NCBI GenBank assembly: GCA_964538455.1
Contig: CAZIDZ010000002.1
Coordinates: forward strand, 89,444-153,443
Direction: 5' to 3'
Length of the DNA: 64,000 bases
Source: an uncultured bacterium
GTDB lineage: Bacteria > Electryoneota > Electryoneia > Electryoneales > Electryoneaceae
In this document: positions 8,347 to 17,874 of the stretch, piece after piece
How the letters are laid out: every line of letters starts with the position of its first letter
Position numbering within the stretch: the first letter of the stretch is position 1
The notes under the pieces: generated by a model
The model's database searches: none
Told to the model about the DNA's origin: nothing
What the model saw: the letters and a program-made list of their open reading frames with translations, nothing else
Made by a program: the position numbers and the translations under genes

Positions 8347-9882
8347 ATGAAATTCTTCGAGCAGTTGGGTATTCAGCCGGTGAACTCCGGTGCGAGCTGG
8401 AGCGCCAAAGGCTGGATCGGGACCAAAGGCCGCGATGAATTGGTGAGCATCAATCCAACGACGGGCAAGCCGATCGCCAGCGTAATGCAGGCAAATGAGA
8501 GTGATTATGAAACCGTAGTCAAAAAGGCGACGGAAGCGTTCAAGAAATTCCGCATGGTCCCTGCGCCGGTCCGCGGGCAGATGATTCGCGACCTTGGTGA
8601 CGCCCTGCGCGAAAAGAAAGAGGAGCTGGGCCGCCTGGTCAGCCTCGAAATGGGCAAAATCCTTCCCGAAGGGCTCGGGGAAGTCCAGGAGATGATCGAC
8701 ATCTGCGACTTCGCCGTCGGGCAGAGCCGCCAACTTTACGGAAAGACGATACCATCGGAACGTGTCCGCCACCGGATGATGGAGCAGTGGCACCCGCTCG
8801 GTCCGGTGGGGATTATCACCGCCTTTAATTTTCCGGTGGCTGTCTGGTCGTGGAACACCGCGCTCGCCGTGGTTTGTGGCGACCCGGTGATCTGGAAACC
8901 CTCCAGTGAGACCCCGTTGACGGCGATTGCGGTGCAGCACATTGCCAACGAGGTGCAGAAAGCGCACGGTTACGAGGGCATTTTCAATCTGGTCGTCGGG
9001 CGCGGACGAAGTGTCGGGGAACGGTTGATCGGTGATCCGCGCATTCCTCTGGTTTCATTCACGGGCTCGACGGCGATGGGCAAACGTGTCAGTGAAGTTG
9101 TTGCCAAGCGCCTCGGCCGCACCATCCTTGAACTCGGGGGCAACAACGCGGTCATCGTAACTCCGTCTGCCGACCTGAACATGGCGGTGCGAACAGTGCT
9201 GTTCGGAGCGGTGGGCACCAGCGGGCAGCGTTGCACTTCCACGCGCCGGGTGATTATCCAAAAGGATGTGAAAGAGGAATTCCTCAAACGCCTGACGAAG
9301 GCGTACAAGCAGGTGACGATCGGCGATCCGTTGAAGAAAGGTGTCGTGATGGGCCCGCTGGTGAACGAAGCGGCGCTCGAGGACATGAAAGTGGCGCTCG
9401 AGCGGGTAAAAGAAGCCGGCGGCGAAATCGTGTACGGTGGCGGCCAACCGAGGATGACCGGTGTCATTTCCAAGGGCTACTGGGCCGAGCCGACGATTGT
9501 CGAGGCGAAAAACGATTGGGAGATCGTGCAGCAGGAGACCTTCGCGCCGATCCTTTATATCATCGAGTACAACGATTTCGAAAAGGAAGCACTGGCGTAT
9601 CATAACAACGTGCCGCAGGGGCTCTCATCGGCGATTTTCACCAATGACACGATCGAAGCGGAAACGTTTCTCTCCCCGATCGGAAGCGATTGCGGGATCG
9701 CGAATGTCAACCTAGGCACGAGCGGCGCGGAAATCGGCGGAGCGTTCGGCGGTGAGAAGGAAACCGGCGGTGGACGTGAGTCCGGGTCGGACGCCTGGAA
9801 GGCATATATGCGCCGCCAGACCAACACGGTCAACTACAGCCACGACCTGCCGCTGGCCCAGGGCATCAAGTTCGGGGAGTAG
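8347..9882 (+). CDS. Aldehyde dehydrogenase family 7 (antiquitin / L-piperideine-6-carboxylate dehydrogenase-like)
   Basis: GEVQEMIDICDFAVG, LELGGNNA, GTSGQRCTS, GAEIGGAFGGEKETGGGRESGSDAWK are diagnostic of ALDH7. Confidence 0.9.
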   Translation: MKFFEQLGIQPVNSGASWSAKGWIGTKGRDELVSINPTTGKPIASVMQANESDYETVVKKATEAFKKFRMVPAPVRGQMIRDLGDALREKKEELGRLVSLEMGKILPEGLGEVQEMIDICDFAVGQSRQLYGKTIPSERVRHRMMEQWHPLGPVGIITAFNFPVAVWSWNTALAVVCGDPVIWKPSSETPLTAIAVQHIANEVQKAHGYEGIFNLVVGRGRSVGERLIGDPRIPLVSFTGSTAMGKRVSEVVAKRLGRTILELGGNNAVIVTPSADLNMAVRTVLFGAVGTSGQRCTSTRRVIIQKDVKEEFLKRLTKAYKQVTIGDPLKKGVVMGPLVNEAALEDMKVALERVKEAGGEIVYGGGQPRMTGVISKGYWAEPTIVEAKNDWEIVQQETFAPILYIIEYNDFEKEALAYHNNVPQGLSSAIFTNDTIEAETFLSPIGSDCGIANVNLGTSGAEIGGAFGGEKETGGGRESGSDAWKAYMRRQTNTVNYSHDLPLAQGIKFGE

Positions 9883-9944
9883 CGGAGGCACGTGCGCACC
9901 AAACGGCGCACGGATGCTTGAGCGGCGGAGGACGGGAAACTGAC

Positions 9945-9977
9945 GCCCGGGGTGCGAACGGCCTCCGGGTGTTTTTC
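9945..9977 (+). terminator. Putative intrinsic terminator after the aldehyde dehydrogenase
   Basis: GCCCGGGG...CTCCGGGT hairpin followed by a T-tract. Confidence 0.5.
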
Positions 9978-10189
9978 TTGACCCTGTCGATTCGCAAGGC
10001 GGATCTCGCCCCGTGAAATGCGATGTGCCGCTTGAGGAAGATTGCAATCGCGGCGTGAAGGCCCTCGCCGCTGTGGGGAAAGCGAGCCGTCTCAATGTAC
10101 TCCGCGCCCGGAAGCGTCAATCGGTGTATCTTGTGTATCCTGGCGATCCTGCATATCCTGTTTCGAGCGTTGTTGTGGCTAGCGGATGG

Positions 10190-10648
10190 ATGATGAACAC
10201 TCCCGAGATCAGGAACAAGAAGGCGTTTCACGATTACGAGATCATCGATTCGCTCGAGGCGGGCATCGTCCTGACCGGGCCGGAGGTGAAGTCTGTCCGG
10301 GAAGGCCGCGTTTCGCTTCGTGATACTCACGTAAGTTTCGAGAGTGGGCAGCCTGAACTGATCGGAATGCAGGTTTCCGCTTACAAAAACGCCGGGTACC
10401 GGGAGCAGCACCCGATCCGTCCCCGTCGGTTGCTGATGCACAAGCGCGAGCTGAAAAAATGGGCGCGGCGGGCGTTTGAAAAGGGGTTCACCGTGGTGCC
10501 GCTCAAAGTGTATTTCAATGATCGCGGGTACGCCAAGGTTGAGATCGCGCTGGCTCGGGGCAAACGTGAGTACGACAAGCGCAAGGCGATTGCCGAGCGG
10601 GAAGTGAAGCGGGATCTTGCGCGGGCGAAGAAGGAGGCGAACCGGTGA
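10190..10648 (+). CDS. smpB: SsrA-binding protein
   Basis: NKKAFHDYEI..LEAGIVLTGPEVKSVR, RRLLMHKREL, GKREYDKR; start trimmed from the ORF track. Confidence 0.95.
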   Translation: MMNTPEIRNKKAFHDYEIIDSLEAGIVLTGPEVKSVREGRVSLRDTHVSFESGQPELIGMQVSAYKNAGYREQHPIRPRRLLMHKRELKKWARRAFEKGFTVVPLKVYFNDRGYAKVEIALARGKREYDKRKAIAEREVKRDLARAKKEANR

Positions 10649-11679
10649 GTACCGTATCCCTGCCTGTGGCCCGCCCAATGAAAGCGAAAGAGATCACAGC
10701 CCCGGTGGCCGATGATCTGAAAGCGTTCTATCGCCAGTACTCGAAGATGCTTCGCAGCGGCGTCTGGGTGATCGACAGGGTATCGGCCTACCTGGTCAAG
10801 TCGCGCGGCAAGGGGTTGCGTCCGACGCTGACGCTGCTCGCCGCCCGTGCCTCGGGAGCCCGGGGCGGACTCCCGGAAAAGACGTTCGTCGCCGCGCTCG
10901 TCGTCGAGGTGCTTCACACCGCAACGCTCGTTCACGACGACGTTGTCGACCGTGCCACCGAAAGGCGAGGACGCCCTACGTTGAACCTCGTGTTCAACAA
11001 CAAGGTGGCCGTGCTTTTCGGCGACTATCTGCTCTCCAAATCCCTGCAGGGGATGCTCGCTCAGCGAAGCCTGGAAGTTCTTGACCTGTTCAGCGACTGT
11101 TCCATCCGCCTCGCCAAGGGAGAACTGGTCGAGGCGATCGGCGCCCGCAAACTCGATCTGGATAAATCTCAGTACCTGCAGATGGTTTCGGACAAAACTG
11201 CTTCGCTGATTTCAGCCGCCTGCCAGATGGGACCGATCTCCCTGGGACGGCCCGCGGAAATCGTACAGCCCCTCGGCGTGTACGGCGAGATGGCGGGCAT
11301 TGCGTTTCAGATTCGGGACGACCTGCTCGACCTGGGGGATGGGGGCAACCGGATCGGCAAACCGGTGGGCATCGACCTCACGCAGGCGAAACTGACGATG
11401 CCGCTGATCCACGCGCTGGAGCAAGTGTCGGAATCCGAACGGAAGGAGGTGCTGCGCACGCTGCGTCGTGCGAAACGGGCGTGGAAACGGGGCAAGAAAG
11501 CGGACGTGGACGGCGTGATCGGATTGATCCGTGAAAAACGGGGAATCGAGTACTCCCGCGAAATTGCCCTCGAATACGCCGAGAAGGCAGAGAAAGCCCT
11601 TGACGCGCTACCCGACCAGAATGACTACGTTGTTCACCTGCGCCGCTTCGCGCGGTATGCTGCAACCCGCAACAAATGA
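10645..11679 (+). CDS. Polyprenyl diphosphate synthase (IspB/HepT-like)
   Basis: GKGLRP, FARM HTATLVHDDVVD..RRG, SARM AFQIRDDLLD. Confidence 0.9.
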   Translation: MSTVSLPVARPMKAKEITAPVADDLKAFYRQYSKMLRSGVWVIDRVSAYLVKSRGKGLRPTLTLLAARASGARGGLPEKTFVAALVVEVLHTATLVHDDVVDRATERRGRPTLNLVFNNKVAVLFGDYLLSKSLQGMLAQRSLEVLDLFSDCSIRLAKGELVEAIGARKLDLDKSQYLQMVSDKTASLISAACQMGPISLGRPAEIVQPLGVYGEMAGIAFQIRDDLLDLGDGGNRIGKPVGIDLTQAKLTMPLIHALEQVSESERKEVLRTLRRAKRAWKRGKKADVDGVIGLIREKRGIEYSREIALEYAEKAEKALDALPDQNDYVVHLRRFARYAATRNK

Positions 11680-11695
11680 TTTCGGATACCCCGCC

Positions 11696-12709
11696 ATGAA
11701 CCGATCCTTGCATTGCCTTTTCGCCGCATCAGCCCTGGTCCTCCTGGGCGTTTTTTCCGGCTGCACGCCTCGCCCGCAGACGTGGAGCCGTTCGATGATG
11801 GGCACCGAAGTGGCGATTACGATCCACAACGGTCCCGGTTGGTGGACGGGGAAACGGTGGAAAGCGGCGGCGGACTCCGCATTCGCCGAGATGCACCGTG
11901 TCGAGGTGATGGCATGGTCGGGGGAACTTGCCACGTTGAACGATTCCTCCGCGGCAGGCTGGCCGGCGAAAATCTCCGACGAACTGTACGGCCTGATCGA
12001 TCACGCCTACGAGATCTCGGAGATCACCGACGAAGCATTCACTCCGTCGATCGGCCCGCTGGTCAAGGCGTGGGGGATCTCGATCGGGCAACCGAGAGTC
12101 CCACGCCCCGGCGAGATCGACACGCTGAAGCGGATCGTTCAGCACACGGTGATGACCCGCACCAACGATGGGGAGGTCTGGCTTAAACCGCGCGGCGCCG
12201 CAATCGAGCTCGGGGGAATCGCCAAGGGCTATGCCGTGGATCGCGCCGTTGAAGTGCTGCAGGAGCAGGGGATCACCGCCGGGATGGTCTGGGCTGGAGG
12301 CGATCTCCGGGTGTTCGGAAGCAAACCCGGCGGCAAACCGTGGCGGATCGCCGTGCGCCACCCGAGAAAGCCCTCGGAGTTTCTCACCGTGATCGAGCTT
12401 CCCGAACCCGCGGCGGTGGCGACCTCGGGGGATTACGAGCGCTACTTCGAAGTGGACGGCGTGCGTTACCATCACATCCTGGACCCCGCCACCGGCTATC
12501 CAGCGCGCGCCTCGGTCAGTTCCACGGCGGTCGGGGGCACATGCATGGACGCCGACGCCTTTGCCACGGCGCTGTTCGTCATGGGGCCGGAATGGGGTGT
12601 GCTGATGGCGGAGCGCCTCGGGATGCCCGCAATGGTCGCGGCGATGTCCGACACCGTGCTCGTCGTCAACGAAAACCCGCAGTTCAAGAAACTGGTCGCT
12701 TCGGAGTAG
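11696..12709 (+). CDS. apbE: FAD:protein FMN transferase lipoprotein
   Basis: Lipobox FSGC; MGT, LGGIAKGYAVD, ATSGDYERYF, YHHILDP. Confidence 0.9.
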   Translation: MNRSLHCLFAASALVLLGVFSGCTPRPQTWSRSMMGTEVAITIHNGPGWWTGKRWKAAADSAFAEMHRVEVMAWSGELATLNDSSAAGWPAKISDELYGLIDHAYEISEITDEAFTPSIGPLVKAWGISIGQPRVPRPGEIDTLKRIVQHTVMTRTNDGEVWLKPRGAAIELGGIAKGYAVDRAVEVLQEQGITAGMVWAGGDLRVFGSKPGGKPWRIAVRHPRKPSEFLTVIELPEPAAVATSGDYERYFEVDGVRYHHILDPATGYPARASVSSTAVGGTCMDADAFATALFVMGPEWGVLMAERLGMPAMVAAMSDTVLVVNENPQFKKLVASE

Positions 12710-12766
12710 GGTTTCGGGCCCTCGCTGCAAACAGTGTGTCGCGAGTACCCTGAACAGGAAGCGCTG

Positions 12767-13735
12767 CTAGTCGTCATACAGCGTTTTTCGTTCCTGCCGA
12801 ATCTCCCGAGGTGTAATCGAAAAAACCCGAACAGGCCGGTAGTCCCCGAAACCCTCGGCGAGGGCGAGTCTGCCCCGAGTGACACGAATCCAGAGCAGGA
12901 ATCCCCCCAATTCAACGAGGAGGAAGAGGGTTGTGAGCAAGCCTCCCTCGGGACCGAAATTTCCTCCCGTCCATAGTTCCGGTCCGCTCTGCACCGTACG
13001 CATCAGTGCAACGACGGGAGGGTACCCGCTCACCGGAAGGCCGTACACGATCCCGAGAAAAACGTTCCAGGTGAAATGGAGCCCGATCGTAATCGCCAGA
13101 CTGCCGGTCAGCAGGAAGGGCACGGCGAGCAGAAAACCGTAGAGCACCAAATTAGTCCCGCTGAGCACAGTGGCGAATGGATTGTCGAAGTGGATCCACC
13201 CGAAGAGCAGTGCGGAGGCTACAGTCGCGACCGTCGCGCGCAGCGGCGGTTTGCCGAGAAAAGAGAAGCCTTCGGCGAAATTGGTCAGTAGACAGCCGCG
13301 AAACACCATCTCCTCGTTGAGACTGACGCCCACGTAGAATAGCGTGGTGGAGAGCAGGGCGCGGGCGATGTCGCCGTCGTAAAACCGTGTCCAGAGATGA
13401 GCTTCCAGAAACAGCCAGCCCAGCAGCGATTCGAGAGCGGCGATCAAGCTGACGAGAATGGCTCCCCAAAGCAGGCCGAAGCCAAGGTCAGGCAGGGTGT
13501 GCCGGTCGAAACGGATGCCGTAATCGCGCAGGGAACGGCGATCGATCAGCAGGGCCGTGAATCCCAGCATCACCACCAATGAAATCGTGACGACAAAGAA
13601 TCTCGAAGCAAAAGGCAGGTAGGGAATAACGCGCTGGACGTTGAACCACAGCGTCAGCAGCAGTGCGAGACGCCAGAACATCCGCAGTCTTCGTTCGCGG
13701 CCGTTCCAAACCGGCAATGCCAGACGGTTCATCAT
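12767..13735 (-). CDS. CPBP (CAAX/Abi) family intramembrane metalloprotease
   Basis: EEMVFRG, FGWIH, IGLHFTWN motifs; multiple TM segments; start trimmed to MMNRLALP, which has a GGGGAG RBS. Confidence 0.85.
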   Translation of the reverse strand: MMNRLALPVWNGRERRLRMFWRLALLLTLWFNVQRVIPYLPFASRFFVVTISLVVMLGFTALLIDRRSLRDYGIRFDRHTLPDLGFGLLWGAILVSLIAALESLLGWLFLEAHLWTRFYDGDIARALLSTTLFYVGVSLNEEMVFRGCLLTNFAEGFSFLGKPPLRATVATVASALLFGWIHFDNPFATVLSGTNLVLYGFLLAVPFLLTGSLAITIGLHFTWNVFLGIVYGLPVSGYPPVVALMRTVQSGPELWTGGNFGPEGGLLTTLFLLVELGGFLLWIRVTRGRLALAEGFGDYRPVRVFSITPREIRQERKTLYDD

Positions 13736-13900
13736 GACAGCTCCCCGGTTCGGCTCCGGCAGGTGAAGATAACTTGGCGAAGCGTGCGACGGGAAGCAAG
13801 GGATTCGGCCACGCCGTGAGGGGAACCGTGGCCAGGGAGCTTGCAATGATGGCGAGAGTCGCCCATCTTCCCTCCGTTCATTCGTTTCTGGGGCCTGCCT

Positions 13901-14908
13901 GTGCGCATAGCGGTCATACGTTTCAGTTCCCTGGGTGACATCCTTTGCACCGGCCCTGCCGTGCGGGGATTGCGCAACGCCTATCCCGAGGCGGAGCTGA
14001 CGTTCATTACCACCCAGGCCTACCGACAAATCGCGGCAGCGCTGCCAGGCGTAGACCGTGTCGCGGTTGTGGAGCGGCGGGGCAAACGCTTCGCTCAGGA
14101 CGGGGAGCGGATCGCCTGGGAGGGGCCCTGGGACCTGATTGTCGACCTTCAGGGATCCCCTCGAAGCAGTCGGCTTCTCCGCCGGTTGAAACCGGTGCAT
14201 TCGATTGTAGATACGCCTCCGCGGACGCGCCGCTCGTTGCTGATCATGACCAAAGCAGCGATCGGGCGCTTCGATTCGGTCCCTCTCCGCATGCTGCGCA
14301 GGCTGATACCCTTGCGTGTTATGGACGACGGTGGATCTCTGATGCTGGATGTGCCGTCGGATATGCTGGAGGCCGTTCGCGAGCGATGGGGCCGTGCGGT
14401 GGAGAATGCAATCGCCCTGGTTCCCGGCGCGAAACATGAAACCAAGCGGTGGCCGGCGAACTACTGGGCGGAGTTGGCAACCAGACTTCCGGAACGGGCG
14501 AAGCTGGTGGTGCTCGGCACAGGCGGGGAGAACCCCCCGGAACTGTTGAGCGCGCTCGAGCGGAGAGGATCGTACCTTGATTTGACCGGACAAACAACCC
14601 TTTCCGAAATGGCGGCGATTCTGAAGTCCTGCGCTGTTGCGATCACGGGCGATACGGGACCGATGCACTTGGCGGTCGCCGTGGACGTGCCGCTGGTGGC
14701 GATTTTCGGACCGACGGTGAAGGAATTCGGATTCTTTCCGTTCCGTGCCAAGGCCGCTGTGCTCCAGCGGAATTTATGGTGCAGGCCGTGTTCGGCGCAC
14801 GGTACGGAGCGCTGTCCGCTTGGGCACCACAGGTGCATGCGCGAGATTCAACCCGCTGATGTAATCGAAGCGCTGAACGGGCTGGACCTCAAGGGATTGA
14901 ATGGATAA
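13901..14908 (+). CDS. Glycosyltransferase family 9, LPS heptosyltransferase (WaaF/RfaF-like)
   Basis: IRFSSLGDI, PGA...KRWP, DTGPMHLAVA, IFGPT, C-x-PC...C...H-x-CM. Confidence 0.9.
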   Translation: MRIAVIRFSSLGDILCTGPAVRGLRNAYPEAELTFITTQAYRQIAAALPGVDRVAVVERRGKRFAQDGERIAWEGPWDLIVDLQGSPRSSRLLRRLKPVHSIVDTPPRTRRSLLIMTKAAIGRFDSVPLRMLRRLIPLRVMDDGGSLMLDVPSDMLEAVRERWGRAVENAIALVPGAKHETKRWPANYWAELATRLPERAKLVVLGTGGENPPELLSALERRGSYLDLTGQTTLSEMAAILKSCAVAITGDTGPMHLAVAVDVPLVAIFGPTVKEFGFFPFRAKAAVLQRNLWCRPCSAHGTERCPLGHHRCMREIQPADVIEALNGLDLKGLNG

Positions 14909-16214
14909 CGAGGAGCATCAGCAGGCGATGACGGTCTGGCGCGTGTTGTACAACGCCCTGTTCATTCCCGTGATGGAGGCGGGCTTGATGCTGGCTGGGC
15001 TGTATAGCGAAAAAGTTCGCCGCGGTATCCGCGGACGGCTCGGCGAAGGCGAACGTCTCCGCCGTGTGCGCAGCAGCTGCCGTGCGAACGCGCCCCGCGT
15101 CATCGTCCACTGCGCCTCCGCGGGTGAACTGGAAAGCGCCGTTCCTCTGATGCAGGCGATCCGGGAGGGGTGGGACGTGGATATCCTGCTCTCCTATTAT
15201 TCTCCTTCAGCGGTGGAGCGGGCGATGAAAATCGAGGAACCCGCCGACCATTTCTACCTGCCCGTGGATTCGCGGTCGAGAGTGAAAAGGATGCTCGAGA
15301 TTCTCGAACCTTCGTTGATCCTCTTTGTCAAACACGACTATTGGCCGAACCTCGTTTGGGAAGCCGAGAGTTCCGGCATTCCTACAGCCCTCGTCAACGG
15401 CAATTTCCGTCCCGATTCAAAACGTCTAAAACGCGCCGCGATTCCTTTCGGCAGGGCGGTGCTTCCCCACCTTTCGGCGATTTACGCTGTCGCCCGGGAT
15501 GATGCACACCGTTTCCGTTTCCTCGCGGGCGAAAAACCGGAGATCGTCGTCAGCGGTGATACACGGTTCGACCGTGTGTTGCAGCGGGCGAGGGATGGAC
15601 GACGCGACCAGGGCGCTCTGGCCGAAGCCCTCTCCGGAAGGCACGTGGCTGTTGCAGGCTCCACCTGGCATGCGGATGAAAAACGATTTCTGCCAGCATG
15701 GAAAACCGTCTTGCAGGAGTTTCCGGACGCCGTGCTCGTCGTCGCGCCCCACGAACCGAAACCCGAACGGTTGCGGCAGTTGGCCGTTGAAAGCACGGCA
15801 CTGGAGCTCACCTCCGCGACGATGATGGAGGTGGAAGAGGGCGCCGAGCCAGCCAACCTCCTGATTGTCGATCGTGTGGGAACTCTCGCCGGGATGTACG
15901 GTCTCGGCGCGGTAGCCTATGTTGGAGGCGCGTTCGGTGCCGGTGTTCATTCCGTAATCGAGCCGGCGGTGTTCGGTATTCCCGTGATGTTCGGCCCCCG
16001 CCACTTGATGAGCCACGAGGCCCGGGACCTGATCGAACTCGGAGCGGCTGTTCAGGTGGCTGACGCGGCGCAGATCGCCGAGGTGTTCCTCGATGCATTC
16101 CGCAACGGGGAAAGCAGCCGTCTGCGCGGCGAAATGGCGGAACAGTTTGTTCGCCAACGCGAGGGTATTTCGCGCCGGGTTGCGGAGCGTCTCGCTTCCC
16201 TCGCCGGGTGGTAA
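14901..16214 (+). CDS. waaA: 3-deoxy-D-manno-octulosonic acid (Kdo) transferase
   Basis: HCASAGELE, YLPVDS, GDTRFDRV, AGSTW, APHEP, HSVIEPA. Confidence 0.9.
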   Translation: MDNEEHQQAMTVWRVLYNALFIPVMEAGLMLAGLYSEKVRRGIRGRLGEGERLRRVRSSCRANAPRVIVHCASAGELESAVPLMQAIREGWDVDILLSYYSPSAVERAMKIEEPADHFYLPVDSRSRVKRMLEILEPSLILFVKHDYWPNLVWEAESSGIPTALVNGNFRPDSKRLKRAAIPFGRAVLPHLSAIYAVARDDAHRFRFLAGEKPEIVVSGDTRFDRVLQRARDGRRDQGALAEALSGRHVAVAGSTWHADEKRFLPAWKTVLQEFPDAVLVVAPHEPKPERLRQLAVESTALELTSATMMEVEEGAEPANLLIVDRVGTLAGMYGLGAVAYVGGAFGAGVHSVIEPAVFGIPVMFGPRHLMSHEARDLIELGAAVQVADAAQIAEVFLDAFRNGESSRLRGEMAEQFVRQREGISRRVAERLASLAGW

Positions 16215-16217
16215 TCG

Positions 16218-17828
16218 ATGCTCGCCTTTCAGGATGTGCGTGCCGCCTATCCCAACGGACGGATAGTTTTTGACCGGCTCTCCATGACCGTTTCCCGAGG
16301 TGAACGTGTTGTGGTAGCCGGACGCAGCGGGTCCGGGAAAACCACGCTGCTCCGGCTTGCCGCGGGCCTGCTCGATCCGGTATCGGGCAGGGTTCAGCGG
16401 GAAGCTCAATGGCCCGTGGGCTTCGTCCGCCAGCAGCCGGAAAACCAGCTCGTCGCGGGCACCGTGCGCGAGGAAATCGCATTTGCCCTCGAGTACGCCG
16501 GCCTGGAGACCAAATCGCTGCGCCAGCGCGTTGCCTGGGCCCTGTCGGAGACCGGGCTGAAAGATCTCGCCGCACGGACGCCCGAACGGCTTTCCGGGGG
16601 TCAGATGCAGCGTGTCGCCATTGCCGCGGCCCTCGCCCTCGAACCCAGCCTCTGGCTGCTGGACGAACCGACGGCGTTCCTCGATGCCGACGGCCGTGCC
16701 CGCATTCATCGGTTGATCCAGTCTTTGCCGCGGGAGACGACGATGCTGATCACGGCGTCCGATCCGGAGGAGTACCGGATTGGTACACGGCTGGTGATTC
16801 TTGCGGAGGGACGGATTGCCGCGGACGGCCCTCCTGAAACGTTGCTGAAGGATGGAGTTTTTGCTGATTTCAGGATGGCGGAACCCAGAAGCTGGTGCCT
16901 TGCGCACCATCCGGATCGAATCGCCATACCGCAAACGGAGGCCCCCGGGGATCGCGGAAAACTCCCGGAGAACGCGGCGGCGGAGAGTGTGGAGTTACAT
17001 TCGGGCCCGGCCCGTTCATTTCCGTTGCGGGCGGCGAATTTGACCGCGTCACGACAGGAATTTCTTGGCCCGATCCGCCGCGTGCTCGAACAAGTGGACC
17101 TGAGCGCGGAACCGGGCGAAATCATCGCGCTCGTCGGGCCGGGCGGCGCTGGAAAATCGAGCCTGCTCGAGGCACTGGCGGGGTTGCTGGAGCTTGAGCA
17201 CGGCAGCGTCCGCTGGGGAGATCGAACGCCGGAAGAACTGCGCGGTCAGATCGGGATCGCATTCCAGTTCCCCGAACGCTCGTTCTTTGCGGAATCGGTG
17301 CAGGCGGAGGTGGCCTACGGACCGCGGAACCTGGGTTGTTCCGCAGACGAGGCGAACTCCCAGGCGAGGGATGCGCTCGAATTGCTGGGCTTTTCGTGCG
17401 ATCAGCCGTTCCTGCAGCGAAGTCCCTTCGAGCTCTCCGGCGGCGAGGCGCGGCGGGTGGCGCTGGCGGCGGTTGCGGCATTGCGCCCCGCGGCGTGGCT
17501 GCTGGATGAACCGACCGCCGGACTGGACGCTGAGGATGTGAAAGCTGTCGGACGTCTGATTGTCCGGGAGGCGGAGCGCGGATGTGTCGTGATCGTTGCC
17601 GGGCATGACGTGGACCACTTCGCCGATTGGACGGAACGCTGGGTCGTGCTCGACGACGGAAAACAGGTCTTTGACGGAGATCCCAGAGATGCCTGGGCGG
17701 CCGGCGGGCTGCCGGGGTATGAACGCGAGCCGGTGACGGTGTCCGCCTGGAAGGCCAAGGGATTGCGGGTTGAAAAAATGCCCGGAATCGGCTATAAAAC
17801 TGTAGCCCGTGCCCTGGCGCGAAGATAA
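16218..17828 (+). CDS. ECF-type ABC transporter ATPase with two fused NBDs
   Basis: Walker A GRSGSGKT and GPGGAGKS; Q-loops QQPENQL and FQFPE; signatures LSGGQ and PFELSGGE; LLDEPT twice. Confidence 0.85.
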   Translation: MLAFQDVRAAYPNGRIVFDRLSMTVSRGERVVVAGRSGSGKTTLLRLAAGLLDPVSGRVQREAQWPVGFVRQQPENQLVAGTVREEIAFALEYAGLETKSLRQRVAWALSETGLKDLAARTPERLSGGQMQRVAIAAALALEPSLWLLDEPTAFLDADGRARIHRLIQSLPRETTMLITASDPEEYRIGTRLVILAEGRIAADGPPETLLKDGVFADFRMAEPRSWCLAHHPDRIAIPQTEAPGDRGKLPENAAAESVELHSGPARSFPLRAANLTASRQEFLGPIRRVLEQVDLSAEPGEIIALVGPGGAGKSSLLEALAGLLELEHGSVRWGDRTPEELRGQIGIAFQFPERSFFAESVQAEVAYGPRNLGCSADEANSQARDALELLGFSCDQPFLQRSPFELSGGEARRVALAAVAALRPAAWLLDEPTAGLDAEDVKAVGRLIVREAERGCVVIVAGHDVDHFADWTERWVVLDDGKQVFDGDPRDAWAAGGLPGYEREPVTVSAWKAKGLRVEKMPGIGYKTVARALARR

Positions 17829-17874
17829 CGGTGGCGTGGAAACTCCCCTCGAGGGAAACGTTTGGAACGGGACG

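Noticed and set aside
9883-10189. Possible tmRNA next to smpB, and the long N-terminal extension of ORF 10013
   Set aside because: No GGGG 5' end, T-arm/CCA 3' end or tag peptide is visible; the extension translates repeat-like spacer DNA
13736-14668. Apparent 633-aa CPBP fusion in the ORF track
   Set aside because: The N-terminal half is antisense to the GT9 gene; the real start at 13735 has its own RBS
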